Positions 47,372-64,000 of a stretch of DNA of 64,000 nt are shown in pieces. A model generated the notes under the pieces. That model had not been told where the DNA came from and made no database searches. It was given only the letters and a program-made list of their open reading frames with translations. The position numbers were made by a program, and so were the translations under genes. The stretch's first letter is position 1, and each line of letters starts with the position of its first letter. This stretch comes from the human T2T-CHM13v2.0 reference genome, Homo sapiens: the NCBI RefSeq assembly GCF_009914755.1, contig NC_060944.1. One strand, written 5' to 3'.

Positions 47372-47815
47372 TGTATTAGTTTCCCAGAGCTGTCATAACA
47401 AATTACCACAAGCTGGGTGGCTTAAAACAACAGAAATTTATTTTCTCACAGTTCAGAAGGCCAGAAGTCTGAAATTAAGGTGTCAGCAGCACTGGTTCCT
47501 TCTGAAGATTCTGAGGGAGAAAACCTCCCATGCCTCTCTCTTAGCCTCTGGCGGTTGCCAGCAATCCTTGGCTTGTGGACACATCACTAATCTTTCTCTC
47601 CATCTTCACATCGTTTTATATTCTGTTTCCCTGTGTCTTCTCCTCTTCTTATAACGACACCAGTCATTGGATTTAGGGCCCACCCTAAATCCAGGATGAG
47701 TTATTCTTAAAATCTTGAGCTAATTACATCTGGAAAGACCCCATTTCCAAATAAGTTAATATTCTGAGGTTCTGAGGGGACATGAATTTTGCGGGGTACA
47801 CTATTCAGCCCACTA
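47372..47815 (-). mobile_element. MLT1-family MaLR LTR
   Basis: TGTATTAGTTTCCCAGAGCTGTCATAACAAATTACCACAAGCTGGGTGGCTTAAAACAACAGAAATTT. Confidence 0.8.
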
Positions 47816-49280
47816 TATAGCATCATCTTTTGCTACTCTTTTGCAAATTCTATTTCTGTTGTTTATCCAGTGTCCATTTATGTGTGGGCAGAGTGGTCAT
47901 TTTATAATATAAATCTCTGATGAAATGGTTAGACATTTTTCATGAGATAATCTTATTTAATCCTCACAGCAGTGCCGTGAGGTAGATGCTACTAAAATCA
48001 CCTACTGTTGAGAGGTGTGCCAGTCAGCATTTGCTAAGTATGACGTGATAACAAACAACCCCAAACTCTCAGTGACTTACAAAAAGCCAATTGCTTTCTT
48101 CATCACATTACACATCACAGCTGTAGATTCACTGCAGCTTTGCTCTGTGTCTTTTCATTCCAGGGTCCAGGCTGAAGGTGCAGGCCCTATCCAAGACACA
48201 ACATTTCCAGTGGCAGAGATAAAAAAGTAAGATTTCAGACTCAAACATGCAATGGCACTCCAAGTTTCTGCTTCGAACTGGCATGTATCTCTCTAGCTCA
48301 CATTTCATTGGCCAAAGGAAGTCATGTGGTTAAGCTTGACAATGGGCTGGGGAAGTGCACTCCTTCCTCTGGAAGGTACACAAGTCACATGGCAACTGGC
48401 TAGGATGGATAATTCTCTTACTGGCCAAGGGAAGGGCAAATAATGGAGAAAAATAATACGTCAACCACAGGGGTTGAGTAACTTTCCCAAGATCAAACCA
48501 CTGGGAAGGGACAGAGGCAGATTCAAACTCAGACAGTCTCCAAAGCCATAGTGAACTCCATGGCTCCCTACTGCCTGTTAGATGGAATCCAAATATATTT
48601 AAGCTTTAGGGCATTCCTGCAGCCTGGAGGGCCCTTCTACCTAATTTGTGTGCTGAATTCACTCTTTAAGGCTCCACTCCAATCTCAACTCCTTGGACTC
48701 ACTCTTATTTGTCATGTGTTCCCTCTGCTCTAAGGCCCTTGTACAGTGTTCCCAAATGTTTGCAGTATTTTGGGATGAAAGGAGTGAGGGGCACAAGCTG
48801 CAAGTGGACTGTGCTCCTGAGGATGAGAGCACTTTGCCTACTTTTCCACCCCTCTAAACTAAGCTTAGTATCTTGTGCTTGGGTGACTCTGACAGGTCAG
48901 CCCCGCATGACTCACTCTGTAAGCCTTCAGCGCGGGTCACCACAAGGTCCTGGTTTAGGGTGTGTGAGTTGGTGGGTGGGGAGGGGAGGTGGAAATTAAC
49001 TTTCACCTTTCAGGAACCTTTCCCTTCCCCAGGAGAAGGACAAGTGTAAGTCCTTCCCTTAAGTAGTCTGGGCAAGTCTCTACTCATCACTCCTAGGAGG
49101 ACTGGGGAGGTCCTGGAAGGTGCAGAGGAGGAAGCTCTGAGAAGTAGAAACAGCACCAAACTGCACCATAGAAGACTTTACTAATTTGTCCAAATGACAG
49201 AATTTACCTTCTCTGAGCTTCAGTTTCCCCAGCTATAAAGTGGCAACAACACTGATCTTGCCCTCCTCCCTAAGTTGCTA

Positions 49281-54068
<4,788 letters not shown>

Positions 54069-55689
54069 GGAAGCTTGGGAGTCAGCTTCCCAAGTTTGGA
54101 TCCTAGCTCTGCCACTTTAGAAGCTATGTGATGTCTTTGTGTTTCTGTTTCAGCATGCATAATGTGGGAATAAGAATAACCTCTAATGTTATTGTGAGAA
54201 TTAAACGAATTAATGCAAATAAAGATCTTAGAACAATAAATATAGTAAGTGTTCCTAACCGGTGAGTTATTATCAGTTCTTATTGTTAATCATAATCTTC
54301 CTTCCTGGACAAGCCATGTTCAGTCCTGCTTTGGGGCCTCAGTTCCTTAGTTTTGCCCTCCCTTAGTTTGTGTAAGTCCTTGGAGGCCCAAGCCCTGCCT
54401 CTCCTTCCTGCTTTCTTATGTTCTCAGCTGCTCACTTTGCACCTGCTCTTAGTATCCTATACCTGAGGCATGGACCACAGTGAAGAACCAGAATTGTTGG
54501 GCTTCATCTTGGCTCTGTGCTGCCTGGAGGGGAGACCTAGGATAGGCTCCTGATCTGCAAAATGGGGATAATCCCAGCTGCCACTTAAGTGAGACAAGTA
54601 GGTGAAAGCTACTTAGCAGGCCTTTGCATGTCTTGACTTCCAGTAAAACCCTGGCAAGTGAATGACATTTGCATCTTCCCTGTTTCTTCCTTTAGCATCT
54701 AACAAAGGAGGCTCAGGCTCATTATTCCGGGCACTTCTGGAGGGCCTGGCCCTGCCCCAGGAGCCCTAGGGCAGGAATTCCTTTCTTTATCTATAGAAGG
54801 CAGACACTTCATCCCTGCCCCATCTTCTTTCAGATGCTATCTTGGGCTCGCTGAACACGGGTTAGTTCCTCCTCTCTCCTAGCCTCAGTGTGTACTCCAA
54901 GAAGGACCTAAAGGAGCGCCTATACGGGCCGTGGTGGTTATAACCCTAATTTAGAAAAGCCCATTACTTTGGGGGTGTTTGGGCTTGTGGAGGGTGGGCG
55001 TCGGGATCCCAGAGCCAGGGACTCAGCCCTTGGAGAGTCCCCAGAGAGTCCAGAGGTTGCCACCTGCGAGGGGCTGGAACGCACTGGGCTATCCTCCGCG
55101 AGCCCTGGCCGCGGGAACAATGGGAGCGCGGCGTGGAAAAGGGTGGGCGTGGGCCAGGTCCTGGCTGGAGGTAGACGAGGTCGGCGAGCTGGGCGCGGGG
55201 CCGCGGGGTTACCCCGGGGCACCGGGCACAGAGCCGAGAAGTCTAAGCTAGGGAAAATCGAGGTCGGCGCTGGCGGGAACCCGGGAGGACGTGGGGGCCC
55301 CGGGTGGGGTCTGCTCCTCTTCTTCGCCCGGCCTCTGAGCCCGCCGCAGCTCAGGTTGACGCCGGGCCCACGTGGGGAAGCCGGCGGCGGGTCCCCAGCG
55401 CCGGGAGGGTTCGCGGGGCTCAGCCCCTTCCTCTGCTCCCCTCCCCGGGACCGGCGCGCGGCCCCAGCTCCGGCGGCTCCGGCGGCTCCGGCGCTCCCCT
55501 GGTGTTGGCTGCTCGCCGCCGCTGCTTGCTCGTTCGCCCGCCCGCTGCTGCTTGGGGGGCCGGGATCGCCGCCGCCTCCTCCGGGGGAGCCGGCCGGGGC
55601 GGGGCGGAGCGGCGAGAGGGGGTGTGGGGGGCGGGCGAGGAGGGGGCTGAGCGCCGTGGGAGGGAGAGCAGGAGCGAGCGCGCGAGAGA

Positions 55690-55798
55690 GCGGGGCATTT
55701 CTGCGCAGCTCTAGCGCGCCTCGGAGCCCGCCGGGGCAGCCGCCGGACACCAGGACCGCGAGCCAGACAGCTCCCGGAAGCCGCGCCGCCGCCGCCAG
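55690..55798 (+). other. EPB41L1: Putative non-coding first exon of EPB41L1
   Basis: Follows the GC-box/GA-rich segment, has no ATG, and ends at candidate donor CCAG|GTTAGC (55798/55799), after which composition changes to intron-like GT-rich sequence. The start is approximate. Confidence 0.5.
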
Positions 55799-55854
55799 GT
55801 TAGCCGCACCCGCCGTCCCCCTCCGCGTCCCGGGGACCCCGCCGCGTCGGGTCC

Positions 55855-56745
55855 CGCGTGTGCGTGTGGGGTGGCCGCCGAGGGCGGCGGGCTCGATTCC
55901 CGATCTTTGGGCACTGACAGGCCGGCGGGCCGGCTCCAGGAGCCGCGGGCTTCGGTTCGTGTGTGTGGGGACTGTCGCGGGTTTGTGTGTCGGGGCTCCA
56001 GTCTCTGGGTGTGTGTTAGGTGTGAGCGCGCGTGTGCCCGTGGATCCGTGCGAGCGGCTGCTCGGTGTGCGCGCGCGTGCGTGTGTGCGCCGGGTGTGCA
56101 TCTGTGTGTGCGTGTGTGAGGGTGTGTGCCTTGCGTGTCTTCGCGAGTGGTGCGTGCGTATCTGGGTGAGGGTGCGTGTGTCTGCGTGTGTCTGTCGGTG
56201 AATGTATCTGTGAGAGGGTGTGTCCGAATGTGTAGCAGTGTGTACACCTCTGGGTGAGGGCGTGTGCCAGTGGCTTCGCTTGTGGCTGCAGCCTGTGGCG
56301 GGTGTGGGTGTGTGTGTGCGCGCGCGTCGCTGTGTGCGCGCCAGTGTAACTCCCGTGTGTGCGCGTGTGAGTGCGGGTGTGCTCCCGCGTAGCCCCCGTG
56401 TGCGTGTGCGCGGCTTTGTCTTCGCACTGCCGGGAGGAAGCGGTGGGGGCGGCGGTCCAGGCGCCGCCGCCGCTGGGAGCTGGGCACCTGGCCTGGGCGG
56501 TGGGTGGCGGCGGCGGGGGTGTCCCTTCCCCGTCGGGCAGAGACTCCCTGCTGGCAGGTGGGCGGCCACACCCCGGGGGTCGGGGGAACTGGGCTGACAG
56601 CAGAGCCCGCGTTCTGACCTGAGCTGGAGAGGAGGGCGTGTCCTGCTTGAAGCCCGTGTGCGTGCGTGCGTGCGTGTGTGTGTGTGTGTATGTGTATGCG
56701 TGCGCGCGCGTGTGTGGATGTGGGTGTGGGTGCGGGGTGGTGGTG
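55855..56745 (+). repeat. Degenerate (GT)n/(GC)n/(GCGT)n low-complexity tract
   Basis: Repeated GTGTGC/GCGCGT runs, longest at 56655-56715 (CGTGTGCGTGCGTGCGTGCGTGTGTGTGTGTGTGTATGTGTATGCGTGCGCGCGCGTGTGT). Confidence 0.85.
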
Positions 56746-57809
56746 GTAGCAACAGCAGTTTCCAGGCTGGTGACCAGCCGGTTCAGGGATTCATTTCCTG
56801 TTGTGGCCAGGGGACATGTCCCCTCCGGCCTCCCCCCAGCCCCCCACCAGACCTAGCCTGTGCCAGTCTCACCCGTGCAGGGCTCTGGGTGGGTGGGAAG
56901 GTAGGTGGGTAGAAGCTCAGGTGCCCTGAAAAGGACTAGGAGGGAGAACCACTCTCTTAAAGGGCCAGCTCCTCACTCCAGGGAATCCCTCCTCAGGAGA
57001 CCTCTCTACTTTGAAAGAGATGTCTCTGGGTATGTCCATACCCCTTTCTCCAAGTACTGGTGCATACAGGCATTTCTAGATCTGTAGTCTGTGTGCATGT
57101 GTCCTCCCTGTGTACTTCTTGTACATTTGGGTGTATAGTGAACAGTGAAAATGTATCTCTTGATGTATATGTGTGTGTGTTTTTATAGGTTCTGGTATAT
57201 TTGTTTTTATGTATGTGTAGTTGTTTGTATATTAGTCTGTGCATGTGGGTTTGCAGAGAAGTGGCATTTTGCTGCCAAATGGAATAGAAGAGAAACATTC
57301 TGTACCGGGCCACGCCATTTTTGAAAAACTGCGTGAAAAGGAAGTTTGGGAATTTAGTCTGTGGCTTTGTGGGTTTCAGATACCGGTACTGAAATGTAGG
57401 TAGGTTGGATTTTGACTGTGATACAAGGGTAGAGAGAAGTAGAGTCTTATAGGAGGAAGAAATTGTTCAGAGAGAAGGATATCCAAGTGCAAGAATTCTT
57501 CCATTAGTTCCAGTTCTTCCCCGTAACGTCACATCCCCCTTTGCTGCTTGGCTTGCCAAGATACAGGACACAGGATTTGGAGTGCAAAGGGAGGGAGCTG
57601 GGAGTGTAAAAGGAAGGAAGGTGGATGGGTGATAGGATTGGGGGCCAGCAGCAGATTTCTGCAATTCTTAAAAATGTTTCCCTGCCAAAAGCAGCAGAGG
57701 CTGGGGAAAGCTGAGCTTTCTGTCCCCTCCTTGAATCCCAGAATCCCGGGACATGGGAAAAGCTGGCCTGGAGTTCATGAGCTCTGGAGTCTGGGCCAGA
57801 GATCTTTTG

Positions 57810-59120
<1,311 letters not shown>

Positions 59121-61295
59121 TTCTTATTTACTCTGGAGCTCAAGAGAGGTGGAGACAGGGAGCCAGGAAACATCTATTAATTGAAACACTTGGAAAGCCT
59201 CCCCTGTCCCTCACACAGGTGCCTGAAATAGCACTCAGGCCCCACCTGGTAGGTAGGAATTCTGCTTTCAAGTCCCAGGTCTTATGATCTTGGACAAGTC
59301 TCTCCTTCAGTGACTAATGCAATGACTCTTTGACAGTGTGCTGTGGACCAGGTTCTGAGCGAGGGGTTTCCCTGATCTGCTCAGTTTCTCCAATTCTTAC
59401 TTTGATCTCTAAGGCCCTTCAGGATCCAGTTCCTGCCCACTTCTCTGGACAACAGCCACTTTGGCCTTTTAGTTCATCTAGGCACCATGAGCTCTTTTGC
59501 TTCTGGGATTTTGCACATCCTGTTCCCTTTGTCTAGCACACTCTTCCCCTGCTTCTTATCTTGATTAACTCCCACTCTTCATGTTTCAGCTCAATAGTCA
59601 CTTTCTCAGGGGGGCCTTTGCCAACTCTCTAGGCCAAGTCAATTTTCCCTGTTACACATTCTTAGAGCTCTCTGTGTCTCACAGGGCTTGTGAGAATTTG
59701 TAATTGTTGTTTGTCCCTTTACTAGACTGTAAATGCCATGTGGGCAGGAACTTGCTTACTAATCTTCTTAGTGTCCCACACAGTGCCTGACTTATGATTT
59801 GTGTTCAATAAGCTTGTCAAACTGAGTTAATTTATAAAATGGCAGATGGCACTAAATGATACCCAAAGTTTCGTTTCAAGCCCTGACAATGTGTAATCCA
59901 AGCAGGCTTCAGCCTTTTCTCAAGTTGATTTACCTGTCTTTTTCAATGCTGCATCTCCCATCTCCTGGCTGTAGATTTGAGCACTCACCGTGGGTCCAGG
60001 CCCATGCTGGGCTCTGCTCTAGTGGAGGCAGGAGGAGGCTCCTCAGGAGACACAGCCTAGCTTGGGTTCTGTGTCTTCCTGGATTAGGTTTGTACTGGAA
60101 TGAGAAGAGGAAAAGTATTGAAAGAGGAATCCAAATATCTGCGTCCATGCCTTGTTATGTGACTGAGGGCCAATCACTTTCCCCTTTTGGCACGTGTCCA
60201 TCTCTGTAAAATGAAGGTATTGGGATGGGTGGCACACTTAGTAGTGGTTACTAGCACTGGCTCTACAGTCATTCGGGGCTTGCCATGTACTAGCTGGGGG
60301 GACTAGGGCAAGTGATTCCATTTCCTCATTTCCTTACTTGTAAAACAGGACCAGTACTAGTATCTGTTTCACAGGATTGTTTTGATAATTAAATGAGATA
60401 ACATCCTTGGAATGCTTAGCATAATGTGAGTGCATAAGAAACATTTGATAAATGTCAACTATTATGACCATTATTGCTACTCCACAATTCAGCTCAACAT
60501 TCTTGAAGGCCTTTGTATTGGGCCCTAGGCCTACAAAAACAGAAATGAATCCAGCAGTATTCACAGGTTGGGGGTGGGAGCAGACATGTAAAGATGCAAT
60601 ACCACCGCAAGGACAATGTACAAGCTGCCAGGGTGTGGCTGTTTATGGAGGAAAAGGCTTCCTGGAGGACAGAGATGGTGTTTGGGCTGGATTTTACCGT
60701 CTGGGTATTTGAAATAGCATGTGCAAAGGCAGAACGGCTTCTTAGGGGAACCCCAAATAGTTCCACATGGTTGGAATAGGAGGTGGTGAGTGGCAGGGAT
60801 GAGGGTGGAGGAGTGAATGACTGGAGATAAAGCTGAGAGGAAGATTAGGGACAGATCTGGTGCAGGCCAAAGAGCCTGAGCAAGTCCTGCAGACGGCAGG
60901 GAGCTGGGGAAGAGGAGTAAGCCAACCAGGAAGGATCAGATTTGCATTTCAAAAACACAGCTCTCCAGGTGGTGACAGAGGATGGTTGGTCTGGGAGGAA
61001 GGGAAGGACTGTTGACCTGGAGACCTGGGCACAGAGGCTGCTAAACAAGCTCAATGGGAGGCCCCACTGGGGTGGATAGATACCTAGAACAGGCTGTTCT
61101 AGGAAGCTTTTTCCTCTGTAAGCCTGTCTTCAGCCTGGTTTCACGACAGCCTGGCCCTGGAAGGTGCAGGAGAGGTGAGAGTGACTTCTCATGAGGAGCC
61201 TCTGGGTCCTCTTTAACCTCTAAAGCTGCCTAATGAGTGGGAATCTGAAAAACAGAGTTTGAGGGTCCTAGGTCTGCTACTCAAAGGATGCACAG

Positions 61296-61726
61296 TGTAT
61301 TAACTTCCTAGGGGTGCTGTCATGAAGCACGCAAACCAGGTAGCTTTGAACCACAGACATTTACTCCCCCACTTGTGGAGGCTAGAAGTCTGAAATCCAG
61401 GTGTCAGCAAGGTTGGCTCCTTCTGGAGGCTCTGGGGCAATCTGTTTCCTGCCTTTCTCCTAGCTTCTGGTGGTTGCCAGCAATCTTTGGCATTTCTTGG
61501 CTTGCAGCTGCATCTGCCTCTGTCGTCACGTGGCTTTCTCTCTGTTTCATTTCCTCTTCTAAGGACACCAGTCATATGGGATTTAGAACCCACCCTAGTC
61601 CAGTATGACCTCATTTGAACTTGAGTAATTGCATCTGCAAAGACCCTGTTTCCAAATATGGTCACATTATGAAGTTTTAGGTAGACATAAATTTGGGTTG
61701 GGAGGGGACACTGTTCAACCCAATAC
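61296..61726 (-). mobile_element. MLT1B-like MaLR LTR
   Basis: TGTATTAACTTCCTAGGGGTGCTGTC ... GGGGACACTGTTCAACCCAATACA. Confidence 0.8.
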
Positions 61727-61823
61727 ATGCAGGAAGTTGGGGAGGAGTGCATGCCTTTTAGTTCCACAGGGCTACATCCAAATTTAGGCTTTGCAGTGGA
61801 GCCTCTATGAAATGGAGACAGTA

Positions 61824-62333
<510 letters not shown>

Positions 62334-64000
62334 TCACCTAATCTTGCTTTACTTTCCTCATCTATCAAATGTGAATAATCATCATCCAGCCCTGCCTACT
62401 TCACCAAATTGCGATCCCAGGAGATAATGAGAAAGCTCTTTGTAAATTGCTTAAGGGCTTGTAGCTGTGATTTTTAATTATAATAATAATCATCATAATA
62501 ACCCTTGGCCATTGTCATATCCGCTGCATTCTCCTCAGAGCCCAGCCCAGCCCAGCCCGCTCCTCTCCTGAGACAGGTCCTCTTTGCCTGTTTGTGCTCA
62601 GAGGCATCCCATGAAGTGTCGCCTCTGTCTGAGTTGGGAGGACCTTAGAGATGGTCCTTGCCGTTGCCCTTATTAGCCTGAGGAGGGAAACATGCTCAGG
62701 GAGAAAAAGTGACACCCGCAAAGTCACACAGCTGGTCAGTGGTAATTGGAACACCTTATCTGTGGCTCCTGTCTTCAGTCTGAACAGTGCTTTTTCCCTA
62801 GTTGCAACTTTAGGCCCAGAAGCAGGAGCTCAGGGCAGATAGAGGCCTGGAGTGGGCTCTGCATATGTTCCAGAGGTGAGGATGCAACAGGAGAGTGTCC
62901 TGCTGTCAGGATTAGAACCCCAAGAAAGGGGTCCCTGGGCTCTGAGTGAGCAGGCTGAATGGGCCGGTTGTTCTGTTATCACTCTGGCTATGGCCATCTC
63001 TGCCTACTCTGGTGGGAGGGCCACCATGCGGGGCTCTGGAGTCTAGATGTAACCCAAGGCTTCAGTGTCCCTGTTGACAGCCAGGGTGGCATTTCTCAGC
63101 AGGTCCTGTCCCTCTAAGCCTTGCCTTGGTGGGTCTAGGGAAAGCTCTGGGAAAGAGAGAGGGCTTATACTGTCCTGGTAGTTTCTGGCAAGTCATCTTC
63201 CTTTCCCCCCACACTGGGGAAGCCAGGCCCCTCCTTGGCCCCTTGATTCTTCTTTCCTTTCCTCCCTCCTCTTCTCAGTTTGCTCTCTCCCTTCTGTCTG
63301 CTTTCTCCCCTTCCCTCTCCCCACCTTGTCCCCAGATTAGAGGTCTAAAGATAGAGTCTCCAGGCCCACTTCAGGTGGGTGGTTTTGGGTTTGCTTGAGG
63401 CCACCTAGAATTAGAAAGTCTAGAGTCTTCCTCATAAGAGGCTCACTCTGGTGACTTATAATCAACTGCTTATGTTTATTGGCTTACTGTGTGCCAGGCC
63501 CTGTGCTAAGCGCTTTACATGCCTTATGTCTTTTAATCCTTACAACTACCAAGTGAGGCAGAGATGATGATCCCCGTCGTATTACAGGAGGCTAAATAAC
63601 TTGCCCAAGGCCTACGCAGTCCTCAGCCAGCAAGTGGCACAGCTGGGATTTCAATCTAGATCTGTCCGAAGCCCACCGGTACTCTTGAGTCTTTCCTATA
63701 TGGCCTGTGACAGAGCCTGCGGGAGCATTTAGGTGTCCACAGAGGGGCATGCATTTGCTCAAATTCAGAGAACAAATTCTTGACTCTGAAAGAAGGGCTT
63801 CCAATCGAGGAATCTTCCCTCCCAGGCCTGCACTCTGGCAGCACCTCCGGGACTGGCCTTTCTACAGCATCAGCCTTGGGGCCCGCCAAGGCTCTGAGCC
63901 CATCTGGTTCTAGGCAGCTGCCCACCTGTAGGAGAGACACTGCATCGGTATGGGGGGTGGTGACAGGGCCCATCTGAAGGTACTTGCCTTTTTTCCTAGT

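Larger units (their letters stand above)
54950..56750. promoter_or_regulatory. EPB41L1: Large CpG island, probable EPB41L1 (protein 4.1N) upstream promoter
   Basis: Very CpG-dense with many GGGGCGGGG boxes (e.g. 55595-55605). Gene identity comes from recalled gene order (EPB41L1 on + strand ~40 kb from the NORAD TSS). No coding sequence in the window confirms it. Confidence 0.7.

Noticed and set aside
54938-56752. 604-aa minus-strand ORF and overlapping 410-aa and 286-aa ORFs
   Set aside because: These arise from a stop-poor CpG island plus (GT)n tract. They are low-complexity (HT/RA or CV repeats), often lack an ATG start, and show no recognisable domain.
59838-59856. CTCF-like motif TGGCAGATGGCACT
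   Set aside because: It lacks the 5' CC of the core and cannot be supported without a PWM scan or ChIP data.

Overview
Primate (human-type) genomic DNA, very Alu-rich, with no intact protein-coding exon I can support. The main feature is a complete, intronless ~5.3-kb lncRNA gene on the minus strand (about 8602-13940). I recognise it from its 5' sequence and architecture as NORAD (LINC00657, chr20q11.23). It has a CpG-island promoter with an Inr, an AATAAA signal, an internal array of ~300-nt units arranged as an A/B ~600-nt dimer, 15 perfect PUMILIO response elements (UGUANAUA, hand-counted), and recurring stem-loops whose substitutions preserve pairing on the transcribed strand. This RNA decoy/condensate system is the most striking signal in the window, but it is already described. 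Other content: an unexplained CpG island at ~27.5-28.7 kb (RFX X-box, GC boxes, strand-biased CTGAC array); an HMGB3 processed pseudogene (~38.98-39.74 kb, minus) stacked with Alus at one target site; a CpG island at ~55-56.7 kb that is probably the EPB41L1 promoter and non-coding first exon, followed by a long degenerate GT/GC tract; and many Alu, L1M, L2, LTR (THE1A, MER66, LTR8, MER41A, MLT) and DNA-transposon relics. Repeat subfamily names are from recalled consensus sequences, not a RepeatMasker run, and repeat boundaries are approximate.
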